A stretch of DNA of 40,195 nt from Octopus bimaculoides (lineage: Eukaryota), in NCBI RefSeq assembly GCF_001194135.2, contig NC_068989.1:66102718-66142912 (forward strand), given 5' to 3'. Below are positions 14,656 to 26,802 of the stretch, one piece after another. The position numbers and the translations under genes were made by a program. Below the pieces are notes generated by a model. The model saw nothing but the letters and a program-made list of their open reading frames with translations. It was not told where the DNA came from and did not search any database. Numbering within the stretch: the first letter of the stretch is position 1; each line of letters opens with the position of its first letter.

Positions 14656-14810
14656 CTGTAGGGAAGAGTAGTCCTACATGCATGTTTTTATCCATCTATG
14701 AATGTATGTATATGTACTTATATATGTGTGTGTGTGTGTGTGTATACATTACATACATATTACATAAATATACTTATATATTCACGTATATACATATATA
14801 TGTATGTAGG

Positions 14811-14911
<101 letters not shown>

Positions 14912-14965
14912 TAAACTTACTTGGAAATGGATGCGTGGCGTTCAATCAAATAATAATAAAAATAG

Positions 14966-14998
<33 letters not shown>

Positions 14999-15049
14999 AT
15001 AATAGAACAAAACTGCAACACAGAATAATAAAACATTGGGACAGATAGA

Positions 15050-15090
<41 letters not shown>

Positions 15091-15854
15091 GACGCTTATG
15101 TATATATGTGTGTGCCTGTGTGTGTACTTATATAATGTTTATTTATATATTCTCTTGCACAATGTAGACAGTAAGGCATTTATATACAGACACGCACGCG
15201 CCCCACTGACGGTGAGACAAGCTTATACACGTACCGCGCGCGTACACAGACACACTTAGACGCACACACACACACACACACACAGAGGGAGAGAGAGACA
15301 GAGAGAGTGAGAAGTGAGAGAGAGAGATAGAGAAACACTTGTATATACATCAATAAGTGTGTTTTTCTTGAAGTGCTATGCTACATTTTTACAAGCGTGC
15401 ATTATTATTCCTTCACAGTCGCTGTCTTTAAGTGTAAGATATCTACCTGCTTACAAAAGTAGTCTATCTTTAATATCATTTTTATATTATATCTTATGAT
15501 AAACATATATGTTTACACATCCTTGTGCCTATATATATATGTATGTATGTACATCTGTGGTTATATTCGCATACTTGATTGCATGTATATACATGTCCAC
15601 TTATGTGTTTGTGTGTGTCTGTATGTGCATATATATATATATATATATATANNNNNNNNNNNNNNNNNNNNNNNNNNNNNNNNNNNNNNNNNNNNNNNNN
15701 NNNNNNNNNNNNNNNNNNNNNNNNNNNNNNNNNNNNNNNNNNNNNNNNNNNNNNNNNNNNNNNNNNNNNNNNNNNNNNNNNNNNNNNNNNNNNNNNNNNN
15801 NNNNNNNNNNNNNNNNNNNNNNNNNNNNNNNNNNNNNNNNNNNNNNNNNNNNNN

Positions 15855-16137
15855 TATTCTATCGATCTCTTTGCCGAACCGCTAAGTTACGGGGACGTAA
15901 GCACACCAGCATCGGTTGTCAAGCGATGTTGGGGGGACAAACACAAACACATACACACACACATACATATATACATATATACGACGGGCTTCTTTCAGCT
16001 TCCGCCTACCAAATTCACTCACAAGACTTTGGTCGGCCCGAGGCTATAGTAGAAGACACTTGCCCAAGGTGCCACGCAGTGGGACTGAACCCCGAACCAT
16101 GTGGCTGGTAAGCAAGCTACTTACCACACAGCCACTC
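15855..16137 (-). mobile_element. Type B (CORE-type) SINE, young copy, 3' end lost in gap
   Basis: Reverse complement gives gagtggctgtgtggtaagtagcttgc..gggttcagtcccactgcgtggcaccttgggcaagtgtcttctactatagcc (tRNA head plus CORE-like domain), internal microsatellite and tail. Confidence 0.92.
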
Positions 16138-16144
16138 GTTACAT

Positions 16145-16447
16145 TTTACTTCTGCCAGTCATTTGACTGCAAGGATGCTGGAGTACCACTTTGAAGGGTT
16201 TTAGTCGAGGATTATGATTATTTAAGCCTAGTGCTTATTCCATCGGTCATATGCCAATCTATTAAGTGACGAGGATGTAAGGAGACCAACACCGGCTGTC
16301 AAGCGGTGGTGGGGACTAATACAGACACAAGCATGCACACGCACACATAAACAAACACACACGCACACACATATATATGTATGTATGTATTTATGTATAT
16401 GACGGGCCTCTTTCAGTTGTCCAATGTGCCGCGTAGCGGTAGTGAAC
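16145..16447 (-). mobile_element. Type B SINE, older copy with internal deletion in the head
   Basis: Tail and internal microsatellite present; gacgggcctctttcagtt joins directly to tgtgccgcgtagcggtagtgaac. Confidence 0.8.
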
Positions 16448-16467
16448 ACAATATATATACATATTTT

Positions 16468-16753
16468 TTATTCATTCTTTTACTTGTTTCAGTCATTTAA
16501 CTGGCGCCATGCTTAGCACAGCCTTTAGTCGAGTAAATGGACCCCAGGACTTATTTTTGTAAGCCTAGTACTTATTCTACCTGTCTCTTTTTCCCTTCCG
16601 CTAAGTTATGAGGACGTAAACACACCAACATCAGTTGTCAAGCGATGGTGTGGGAACAAACACAGACACTCAATATATGCACACATGCACACACACACAC
16701 ACATACATACACACACATACAACACACACACACACAGACATACACGCACACAC

Positions 16754-16789
<36 letters not shown>

Positions 16790-17034
16790 ACATACGACGT
16801 GCTTCTTTCACTTTCTGTCTACCAATTACTCGATACTTCATTGCATGGACTGCGGCAAGGCTGGCGTACTGCCGGTAAGACATACGTAAATACATACATG
16901 CATATATGTATGTCCATAACTTATAACCCGAGGCTATAGTAGAAGGCACTTGCCCAAGGTCCCACTCAGTGGGACTGAACTAGGAGCCATGTGGCTGGTA
17001 AGCAAGCTACTGACCACACAGTCACTCCAGCGCC
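16468..17034 (-). mobile_element. Type B SINE, full length, carrying a 99-bp foreign patch at 16824-16922
   Basis: Collinear with 25018-25446 except that about 25 bp (atccactcacaaggctttggtcggc) is replaced by the duplicated segment. Confidence 0.9.
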
Positions 17035-17130
17035 TCTAATATATTAATGTTTGTTTTTATATCGAGTTCTACATAAGGATTACACAATAATTATTCTTGA
17101 GTACACATTCAGTGTGTACTACCAGGAACT

Positions 17131-17231
17131 GTGGTGAAAGTGACTTCGAAGTTTTGGCCTACTAGTCGTCCTTAGACATTCCAACGACGGCTAGCAGAGG
17201 AAGGTCGAAACTTCGAGGTTACTGTCACCAC
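17131..17231 (+). ncRNA. Candidate structured RNA hairpin (pre-miRNA-like or fold-back element)
   Basis: 17131-17160 pairs with 17202-17231 (25 Watson-Crick, 4 G-U, 1 mismatch); inner stem 17162-17170/17186-17194 (8 Watson-Crick, 1 G-U); 15-nt loop. The inverted repeat is certain; RNA function is not. Confidence 0.35.
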
Positions 17232-17699
17232 TATTCATTTATATTTATATATATATATATATATATATNNNNNNNNNNNNNNNNNNNNNNNNNNNNNNNN
17301 NNNNNNNNNNNNNNNNNNNNNNNNNNNNNNNNNNNNNNNNNNNNNNNNNNNNNNNNNNNNNNNNNNNNNNNNNNNNNNNNNNNNNNNNNNNNNNNNNNNN
17401 NNNNNNNNNNNNNNNNNNNNNNNNNNNNNNNNNNNNNNNNNNNNNNNNNNNNNNNNNNNNNNNNNNNNNNNNNNNNNNNNNNNNNNNNNNNNNNNNNNNN
17501 NNNNNNNNNNNNNNNNNNNNNNNNNNNNNNNNNNNNNNNNNNNNNNNNNNNNNNNNNNNNNNNNNNNNNNNNNNNNNNNNNNNNNNNNNNNNNNNNNNNN
17601 NNNNNNNNNNNNNNNNNNNNNNNNNNNNNNTATATATATAAATTAAAAAGCGTGGCTTGGTAATTGGAACCTAAAGGCATATATATATGTATGTATTTC

Positions 17700-17790
17700 T
17701 ACGGATGGATGGATGGATGGATGGATGGACGGAACGATCGATCGATCGATCGATAGATCAGTCGATTGATCGATTGATGGACGGTTGTAT
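17700..17790. repeat. (GGAT)n grading into (GATC)n tetranucleotide array
   Basis: Seen directly. Confidence 0.95.
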
Positions 17791-18225
17791 GCATGCTTGT
17801 ATGTATGTATGCATGTATTCATGTATATATGTATATATGTAAGTTTGTGCATGCATGCTTGCGTCCGTGCATGCACGCGTGTGTGCGTGAGAGACAGACA
17901 GACAGACAGACAGATAGAGTGTGTATGTATATGTGGAAATTCAAACATCTAAACATCTCAAATTATTACACATTACTTAGTATTTCATGAATCCTATATT
18001 CGGTCAATTATGGAAAGCAGAAATCAAAAACTGCATATAATTCACATACAGGAGTGTTTGTTCTTATATCATTGTAAATACACTTTCGTCATTGTTTGAA
18101 AAAGAGAGATTTAGGCGAGTGGTATCTTTTACGCCTTGCTTGTTTTATTCACAACAGTTCGGCCATGCTGGTGTATCAAGTGTTAACCATTCTTCTAACC
18201 TGTGTTTGTGCAATTTCTTTTATAG

Positions 18226-18243
18226 GTAAAATGTGTTTGAAAG
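18226..18243 (+). CDS. Candidate 18-nt symmetric microexon GTAAAATGTGTTTGAAAG (phase 1, xKMCLKx) of an unidentified host gene
   Basis: Branch point CTAAC 18195-18199, UGC 18209-18211, tract aatttcttttatAG, donor AAG|gtatgt, in repeat-free DNA. Confidence 0.45.
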
Positions 18244-18787
18244 GTATGTGATTTTCTTCTGCTTCTTAAAGGAATGCATATGTTGAGAAAAACGAATCTT
18301 CAAGGAGTTTTTGGTCAACAACAAATATGTAATTGCATTTCAGCACAATTGTTTCAAACACTTAAGTTACAGAATGGAGTATAAAGTTGCTGTTGTTTTC
18401 TGTTTCGATGTTGCTGTTGGGTAATATTTAAGAGCTGAAATAGCTAGACTTGCAGATTTTTAGAGTAAGAATACTTACTTCAATCGTATACCTGCTGCAA
18501 ACCATATGATATATCTCGAAATTAAATTAGAGTTAATTTATTCATAAGTTTAAATTACACAATAGATTATACCACAAATTATCAATTGAAATACTTTCCT
18601 TTAAAAACACATCTTGTAGTGTTGTATTTTGTATGTATTTGTAAGATCGCCATATCATAGATATACTATCAAAAATGTATCTATATATATATCACTTTCC
18701 TTTTCATATTGATTAGTCATGTTCCTTTCCATGCGTATAGGTTACACTTCAACTTCTCACACGTACACACAATTACAAACATACACA

Positions 18788-18868
<81 letters not shown>

Positions 18869-19704
18869 NNNNNNNNNNNNNNNNNNNNNNNNNNNNNNNN
18901 NNNNNNNNNNNNNNNNNNNNNNNNNNNNNNNNNNNNNNNNNNNNNNNNNNNNNNNNNNNNNNNNNNNNNNNNNNNNNNNNNNNNNNNNNNNNNNNNNNNN
19001 NNNNNNNNNNNNNNNNNNNNNNNNNNNNNNNNNNNNNNNNNNNNNNNNNNNNNNNNNNNNNNNNNNNNNNNNNNNNNNNNNNNNNNNNNNNNNNNNNNNN
19101 NNNNNNNNNNNNNNNNNNNNNNNNNNNNNNNNNNNNNNNNNNNNNNNNNNNNNNNNNNNNNNNNNNNNNNNNNNNNNNNNNNNNNNNNNNNNNNNNNNNN
19201 NNNNNNNNNNNNNNNNNNNNNNNNNNNNNNNNNNNNNNNNNNNNNNNNNNNNNNNNNNNNNNNNNNNNNNNNNNNNNNNNNNNNNNNNNNNNNNNNNNNN
19301 NNNNNNNNNNNNNNNNNNNNNNNNNNNNNNNNNNNNNNNNNNNNNNNNNNNNNNNNNNNNNNNNNNNNNNNNNNNNNNNNNNNNNNNNNNNNNNNNNNNN
19401 NNNNNNNNNNNNNNNNNNNNNNNNNNNNNNNNNNNNNNNNNNNNNNNNNNNNNNNNNNNNNNNNNNNNNNNNNNNNNNNNNNNNNNNNNNNNNNNNNNNN
19501 NNNNNNNNNNNNNNNNNNNNNNNNNNNNNNNNNNNNNNNNNNNNNNNNNNNNNNNNNNNNNNNNNNNNNNNNNNNNNNNNNNNNNNNNNNNNNNNNNNNN
19601 NNNNNNNNNNNNNNNNNNNNNNNNNNNNNNNNNNNNNNNNNNNNNNNNNNNNNNNNNNNNNNNNNNNNNNNNNNNNNNNNNNNNNNNNNNNNNNNNNNNN
19701 NNNN

Positions 19705-19747
<43 letters not shown>

Positions 19748-20319
19748 AACAATAACACAAGAAATGGAAATATTACAAAAACATAAGAGAAAGTTCGTAG
19801 ATTATTCATTGCAATATATATATGTGTGTGCGCGTGTGTGTATGTGTGTGTGTGTGTGTATTTATACATGCACAAGCACTCACGCATATATAGAAACGCG
19901 TATGTGTTTGTATTATACATGTATGTACATCTGACTATCCGTGTATTTATGTGTGCGTGAGCGCGCACACCATATGTGGGTTCACTGTTCCTAAACTTGA
20001 CCGAAGCAACTGATATCAATGATCAGCTCTGTCAATGGAAAGAAATCTGTTGATTACAAACAAAATAACAAAATAATAAAGAACTAAATAATAATAATCT
20101 GTACTTGTTTAATTATTGAAAAATCTGTCTCTTCCACATCATATACATACTAATAAATACATAATTGTATACATTCATGAATATATGTCCATGTATATAT
20201 ATATATGTGTGTTTGTGTGTCGTATATTTGTATGCGTATATATTAATGTTCATATTTATGTAACGTTATCATAAAAATAATTTTAATTGGTATTATATAG
20301 TTTCTGTTAAATTAAAAAT

Positions 20320-21040
20320 CGCTGGGCAAGCAGGCCTTTGTTGAGTGATAAGGTTGCAGGGCTGGTTGTGATGGACAGGTGTTTTATTTTTATTTTTATC
20401 AAAACTGGGCTTTTGTCATTGTTCGGAATTTATTTCTTACATATAGCTCTTTATAATCAGGGATGTCTATTTAGGGTTGTCAGCTTCAGGTCATGGTGTT
20501 ATTTTCAAGGGTTTCGCAGAAGACTATATCTAAGAGGAGGGATGTTGTAGATCATCCGATGCATCGCTATGTTTAGCTTCAGGATATGTATGGATTCTAA
20601 TGGGAGATTTAATATTTTGTTCTGAAAAGGTGATCACTTCAACATTTAACCCTTTGTAAACGTGTGCTTCATTATGCGTGTCAGTTTTTAGGTGATGGAC
20701 ATTTTAAGGGCTTACAAATGAAATCTAAGTAGGAGCTAAGTTTTAGTTTGTCAGAAGGTATCTTTGTTGCTGATGTTATTTAGAATAATTTAACTCTTCG
20801 TTTTGATTAGGCGGAGGTTATCAGTGAAGCTTGTCATGGTGATGTTAACATAGATATTTGTTTTTCTTATGTTTTAATACTTGCAAAACTTTGTAGGTGT
20901 GTGTAAAGTCTGATTACTCAGCATATCACTCTAGAGGATTTCATTGTTATAGAAGTTAAATAATTGCAATTTAGAAATGTGAACCTTTGTGTTTCCGTCA
21001 GGTAATGCTTCTGGGCTGTTTTTATAAATATTTCTTCAAT
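20320..21040 (-). mobile_element. Possible ancient LINE remnant (endonuclease region)
   Basis: Strong GT/CA strand skew; broken minus-strand frames including LDIVFCET, resembling the LD(L/I)(V/I)F motif of APE endonucleases; many stops. Confidence 0.2.
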
Positions 21041-21178
21041 CGGTTTCAGAAGTGTGTATTTTATATTTTTTCAACATATGAATATATGCAAAAGTGGGAC
21101 ATTATATAATGTATGTATATAATTACGTATAAACAATTCTAAAAACAAAAACTTAATTCTCCCATTGGTATCTAAATA

Positions 21179-21480
21179 TGTGGCTTGGTGTTTAGGGTAT
21201 TCGACTCACGATCGTAAGAGTGTGACTTCGATTAGGCAGCTCGTTGTGTACTTGAGCAAGACACTTTAGTTTACGTTGCTTCAATCCATTCAGATGGCAG
21301 AAATGAGTTGTAATACAAAGGGGCAGCTTTGTCACATTCTTTGACATTGTATCTCCTTGAGAACTACGTTAAGGGTACGCGTATCTATAGAATAGTCAGC
21401 TACTTGCATGATAACTTCAGAAGTAGTTTGTTCAATTGATAAGATCAACTGGAAAAATCGTGGTCGTAACCGACTGAGTA
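21179..21480 (+). mobile_element. tRNA-derived CORE-type SINE, type D
   Basis: Head tggcttggtgtttagggtattcg..gatcgtaag, CORE-like ttgtgtacttgagcaagacactt, and the same tail as type C (gagaactacgttaagggtac..gatcaactgg..gtcgtaaccgac). Confidence 0.8.
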
Positions 21481-21544
21481 TTAGTACAATTATCCAATTA
21501 CAACCGTTAACAACTAAACCTAGTGGCACATCTGCCGACCACTG

Positions 21545-21860
21545 AAGAACAAAACCTCCCCAAATACCTACATTGTTTTGTGAACCCCTAACAAACAAAA
21601 CTATGATCTAAAGCTGACATACTTAAATAGACACACCTCATTACATATTTCTACGTGCACGAAGTACTTCCCAAAACAATATCACAACCAAACAATATCA
21701 CAAATTTAATCAGAATTTTCTACAACTCTCCAACACAAATTAATTGTCGCTCAACCAAACCCCGCTTACGTCAGAAAACTTTAAGTTAACATGGACTATA
21801 TAAATCCAGCATGAACTGAAATGTGCCACAATCCGATGATTGCTTAACTAGCCGAATCTT
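21545..21860 (+). mobile_element. Possible Penelope-like element 3' remnant
   Basis: CA-rich; frame LTYLNRHTSLHISTCTKYF resembles the LN(K/R)RxELxSxCRH end of PLE ORFs; followed by a decayed hammerhead-like core ccgatga..gct-taact-agc..gaat at 21833-21857. Confidence 0.3.
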
Positions 21861-22064
21861 TGAATCCACTGCTAATACTTTTCTTCATGTGTGCGTGTGT
21901 GTGTGTGCGTGTAGATAGATGTATATACATATACTAAACTGTTATCTGTCATAACGTCATAATCTTAATAACTGTAATAACTTTAAAGTAATAGCAGAAA
22001 ATCTGGAATTTAAGCAATATTTATGTGGTTGCATGAGCCTTAATTGTTGGGGTATTGCATTTAG

Positions 22065-22190
22065 GATCATAAAATTCCTGGCGATGCATTGTGTTTTTGA
22101 GCAAAATAATTCACTTTGTTCCACTCCACTCTGCTCGCAAGAATGAGTGATCCTGCAACGAGCTGACGTCGTGACCAGAGTGGGGTCGGG
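22065..22190 (+). mobile_element. Decayed CORE-SINE fragment
   Basis: attcctggcgatgcattgtgtttttgagcaaaata..ccactccactctgc resembles the type D body. Confidence 0.4.
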
Positions 22191-22504
22191 TACAAATACA
22201 CCACAAAATCCGGAAAATCTGCCTTGTGATCTTATGGCTCAGGAAGTACTTTGAGGTTTTTTAAAAACAATAATTATAATTTAACTTTAATCAAATTTTT
22301 TTGCTTTTATTCAAAATGATGTTATCAATTTTAATACTCAAAAGAAAAATATTTATTACTTAAAAATTGAATAAACAGAGTTTTCATTTGTATATTTGCA
22401 CTTAATATAAGTTAGTCTTCTACATTTTTATAAGCTTGCATTATATTCCATGGAAAAGCTATAGCTAAAAAAGGTCGTTTTTCGTAAAGTTGTAAGATAC
22501 TGTT

Positions 22505-22565
22505 ATATTAAATCTCTCTTTCTCTCTCTCTCTCTCTGTCTCTCTCTCTTTCTCTCTCTCTCTGA

Positions 22566-22614
<49 letters not shown>

Positions 22615-22677
22615 TCTATATATATATATATATATATATATACACGCGGGCATACACAGTGACAAAACACACACACG

Positions 22678-22723
<46 letters not shown>

Positions 22724-22725
22724 TA
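22505..22725. repeat. (CT)n/(TA)n/(CA)n compound microsatellite
   Basis: Seen directly. Confidence 0.97.
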
Positions 22726-22734
22726 TATACAAAT

Positions 22735-23830
22735 ATCGAGTCGTTTGGAAAGTTATGAATGTATTTCAGTGATGAGATGATTTTGCAAGATAATTTTCAA
22801 TCATTAACATATCCTTAATTTTTTTTTTATGTTTCGTCCACCTGTGCGGCAGCTTCAGAATTCTATCTGCGTAGGAATCGGCTGTCTTAGAGCAATGGTA
22901 GTTACCTAAATCATGAAATGAGTTTCCGTTCAAATGTTTTTGCAGGAAGCTAAGCAAATAAAAGTCAAGTAGTGCAATGTTGCGGCAATATGTTGGATAC
23001 AGTAACAGATACCACCCAAGCTCATGGAACTTTGTGAGGGTAGCCAAAGACACACAAGGTCTGGCGCAGTCTTGTTGAAATACATCCTCAACCTCTTGAT
23101 TAGTTCTGGAGAGTTCTTTATTTTTATTCATTGATTCCAGTTGGTGGCAGTACACACCAGAATCGAAGATCTTGTTATGTAGAAGTAGCTCATAATAAAT
23201 AAGGGTTTTGAAATACTGCTTTAATAGCTGTTTTGGTGTATTCTCCTGAAACCTCTAGTATCGTTTCTGTACTATGTTATCGGAGAAAACCCTTTTTATT
23301 TTCATCTTCTGTAACTAATCACTTGAAAAACATCTTTGGTTCCATTGCGTTTTGAAAGCATGCAACAAAATGAATGCCGTTTCATGTAGTTATTCCCTGA
23401 CAGGTTGTAATCGATCCATATATCATACTGGAAGTTGTATCCAGGTTTCACTAAGGGCTCAAGGATAATAACATTTGGGACTTCCAACATTTCTCTCTTG
23501 TCGCGATATTTTGGTTGTTTTCTTCATATTTACCATCAAAAGATCACCGTAAAAATCTGAAGGTCTTCCTGAGTGATTAGCATTTTGAAAGCTGAAATAC
23601 TCACTTTGAAATTTTGCTAACCATCTCCGAACGGTTGAGTCATCAACAACATCATCACAATGCATTTCACAATTCGTTTTACACATTTCTGCAGTGTTTT
23701 CACCACTTTTAAAGAAGAAAATCATTATGAACTGTTAATGTAACTTTTGGTTATTCCATTTTCACGTGACAAGCGCCGACAAAATTAAGAAATTTAATTT
23801 TTAGTGTGAGACGTAACCTGTACGTTACCA
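22735..23830 (-). mobile_element. Fossil mariner (DD34D) transposon with a broken transposase
   Basis: Minus-strand fragments: HTH FKSGENTAEM..DSTVRRWLAKFQS..HSGRP; LVTEDE (IVTGDE); FQQDCARPC..LGWYLLLYPTYCRNIALLDFYL (QDNARPH..YSPDLAPSD) with exactly 34 residues between the 2nd and 3rd D; ..ILKLPHRW. A TIR-like tatcgagtcgtttggaaagtt is seen at the left end only. Confidence 0.93.
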
Positions 23831-23927
23831 CGCTACAAGTCATTACAACAGATCAGTTGTTCCAACATTACAGTTTTATATGGATTATTTAAAAACACAG
23901 TTGTGTCTGTAACATATATATAAGCCT

Positions 23928-23929
<2 letters not shown>

Positions 23930-24016
<87 letters not shown>
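23930..24016. repeat. (TG)n microsatellite
   Basis: Seen directly. Confidence 0.98.
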
Positions 24017-24022
<6 letters not shown>

Positions 24023-24669
24023 CATGCAGTTTTTTCTAAGCTCAGGTAAACAATTGTTTATAGAAATACATACAACGTACTTACGTCGTCTGAGTTACAT
24101 GAATGTAAACAACTGCAGGTTCACTTGCCGTATTACAGAAACGTCAGCAATGATTAGTTGGACTCTCAATGATTCCTTGGGTATAAGATACTTTGTTGTT
24201 TATTTTCTATTTATTTATTTAAACACAAAGTGAAATTTTCCTTATCATCATTATCATCATTACTGTCGTCATCATCATGCTCATATTTGTTCTTAATTAT
24301 TACGTTGTTATGTCTGTACAGTCAGGATTCGTTGTTATTAGCGGAGATATCAGCCTTCACTCTCGCTTCACTAAGTAGAAAACTTTAACGCCTAATTCTA
24401 TGTGCGGTTAGTTAAAAGTTATCTTTGCGCTTTTTATTAGTGATTGATTCTACTTGTTTTCATTACTGATTTATTTTACTTTCACTTGCTTTAATAACGT
24501 TGCAAACGATGCAGTTTCAGTTCTCTTCTTCTGTTTCATGTCCGCCATAAAAGGTTTTCTGTCATACGCCAATTACTTTTTGATCTTGCTATGCCTTTAA
24601 CTTTTATGCATCTGTACGCTTTTCAGCCATTCTATCGTCACTATACATACCTATATATTTACACACACT

Positions 24670-24773
<104 letters not shown>

Positions 24774-25017
24774 NNNNNNNNNNNNNNNNNNNNNNNNNNN
24801 NNNNNNNNNNNNNNNNNNNNNNNNNNNNNNNNNNNNNNNNNNNNNNNNNNNNNNNNNNNNNNNNNNNNNNNNNNNNNNNNNNNNNNNNNNNNNNNNNNNN
24901 NNNNNNNNNNNNNNNNNNNNNNNNNNNNNNNNNNNNNNNNNNNNNNNNNNNNNNNNNNNNNNNNNNNNNNNNNNNNNNNNNNNNNNNNNNNNNNNNNNNN
25001 NNNNNNNNNNNNNNNNN

Positions 25018-25236
25018 TACTCTTTACTCTTTTACTCTTTTACTTGTTTCAGTCTCTTTGACTGTGGCCATGCTGGAGCACTGCCTTTAGTCGAGCAAAT
25101 CGACCCCAGGACTTATTCTTTGGAAGCCTAGTACTTATTCTATCGGTCTCTTTTGCCGAACCGCTAAGTTACGGGAACGTAAACACACCAGCATCGGTTG
25201 TCAAGCGATGTTGGGGGGACAAATACAGACATACAA

Positions 25237-25269
<33 letters not shown>

Positions 25270-25446
25270 CATATATACATATATGCGACGGACATCTTTC
25301 AGTTTCCGTCTACCAAATCCACTCACAAGGCTTTGGTCGGCCCGAAAGTATAGTAGAAGACACTTGCCTAATATGCCACGCAGTGGGACTGAACCCGGAA
25401 CCATGTGGTTGGTAAGCAAGCTACTTCCCACGTAGCCACTCCTGTG
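25018..25446 (-). mobile_element. Type B (CORE-type) SINE, full length, with internal (CA)n/(TA)n
   Basis: Complete head, CORE-like domain, microsatellite, tail and (agtaaaag)n end. Resembles CORE-type SINEs reported from octopus; the family name is not verified. Confidence 0.93.
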
Positions 25447-25451
25447 CAAGT

Positions 25452-25706
25452 ATTTGAGCAGTCCATAGACACGCGTATAGTCATGCGTACACCTAGCGTA
25501 ATTCTCTTGGAGATACAGTATGTCGCAGAATGCGTGAGGGCTGGCACTTCGATTCAAATAATCGGTAGAGCTCATTTTTGCCAGCTGAGTGGATTGGGAC
25601 AATATCAATTGAAATGTCCTTCTCAAGGACACAACCTACCCCAGGCTGTCGAACACATGACCTTACGATCGGGAACCGAATGCCCTAACCACCAAGCCAC
25701 GCACCT
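25452..25706 (-). mobile_element. Type D SINE, 3'-truncated
   Basis: Reverse complement ggtgcgtggcttggtggttagggcattcgg..gatcgtaagg..ttgtgtccttgag..ccactcagctggcaaaaatgag..gagaattacg aligns with 21179-21480. Confidence 0.8.
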
Positions 25707-25715
25707 ATACATACA

Positions 25716-25751
<36 letters not shown>

Positions 25752-26159
25752 TAGTGAGAGAGGGAGATAAAAACTACTTGGAAGAGTATGCGTGGCCTTC
25801 AATCATACAACAAAATAAATAAAACATATAACGCCACGCATCCTTTCCAAAATAAGTTTTATCTTAATAATTACAATGCGCACTCTGCTACTATTACTAT
25901 CACTTCCCTGTCTATCTCTCTCCCTCTCTTGTTCTTCATCCTTTCTGTTTTTCTCTCCCACCCTTTCCCTATCTTCCCTCCCATTCACCGTTCCCTCTCT
26001 GAATCTCACTCTTCCTCCTTGACCCTCTCGTCGCTGACACGTGACGAAAGGGGACCTTTGTTTCTGCTCACTGCTTTCTTAAAGAAAAGACGTATTTTTT
26101 CTGTCTCTTCTCTCATGCACGTCTATCTTAGCGTTCATAATAAGTTTTCTATCGTCTCA

Positions 26160-26470
26160 GCTTAACTGTTTGTTTTACTGTCTTGTTCTCACTGTCCTGT
26201 TCTTGTTAACACTTTCACCCTCCGCAAAAAATTCCAAATTTTATCTAATTTGCTTTGTGGGAAGGACTGTTCCAACGAAGTCGCGTATTGTACTTGCCTT
26301 CGGAACGGGGAGTAGATAGAAGAGGGACAACTGACGAAGGGTTATATTCTTTATGTTGCATGTCTCGTTTCTCTGTTTTTTTCGTTGTTCGAAAAAAGTT
26401 CGTTTTCTGTTTTCGTCTTTGTGTTTTCGTTTCTCATTGTGTTTAACGTCATTTTGATGTCCTGTACGCA
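26160..26470. repeat. Probable unclassified interspersed repeat
   Basis: T-rich structured segment (tttgtgggaaggactg..ctgacgaagggttat..tgtttaacgtc..gtcctgtac). Only one copy here, so repeat status rests on recollection. Confidence 0.3.
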
Positions 26471-26589
26471 TATATGCATGTACGTATACATGTAGATGTA
26501 GGTATGTACATATATGTATGGATATATGCATATGTTTATATATTATTTATATTATTATATGATCGAACGACACACGCATCCTTTCCCAA

Positions 26590-26625
<36 letters not shown>

Positions 26626-26690
26626 TATATATTAGCATGTANNNNNNNNNNTATATATATTAGCATGTATATATATATATGTGTGCGTGT

Positions 26691-26722
<32 letters not shown>

Positions 26723-26802
26723 TTGTGTGTGTGTATACATATACATCTTAGACAAAAACAGATAACAAAGCCAAGGTCGTGAGGAGTTTTCAGGAAAGAG
26801 AT

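Noticed and set aside
17730-17785. (GATC)n self-complementary, CpG-containing array as a regulatory element
   Set aside because: Short and explained by stepwise drift from the adjacent (GGAT)n microsatellite.
26295-26345. CTGACGA at 26331 with upstream ccttcggaac, a possible type II hammerhead
   Set aside because: GAAA box not intact and no convincing stems I or III.
26625-26672. Direct repeat tatattagcatgta on both sides of a 10-N gap
   Set aside because: Most likely unmerged overlapping contig ends.
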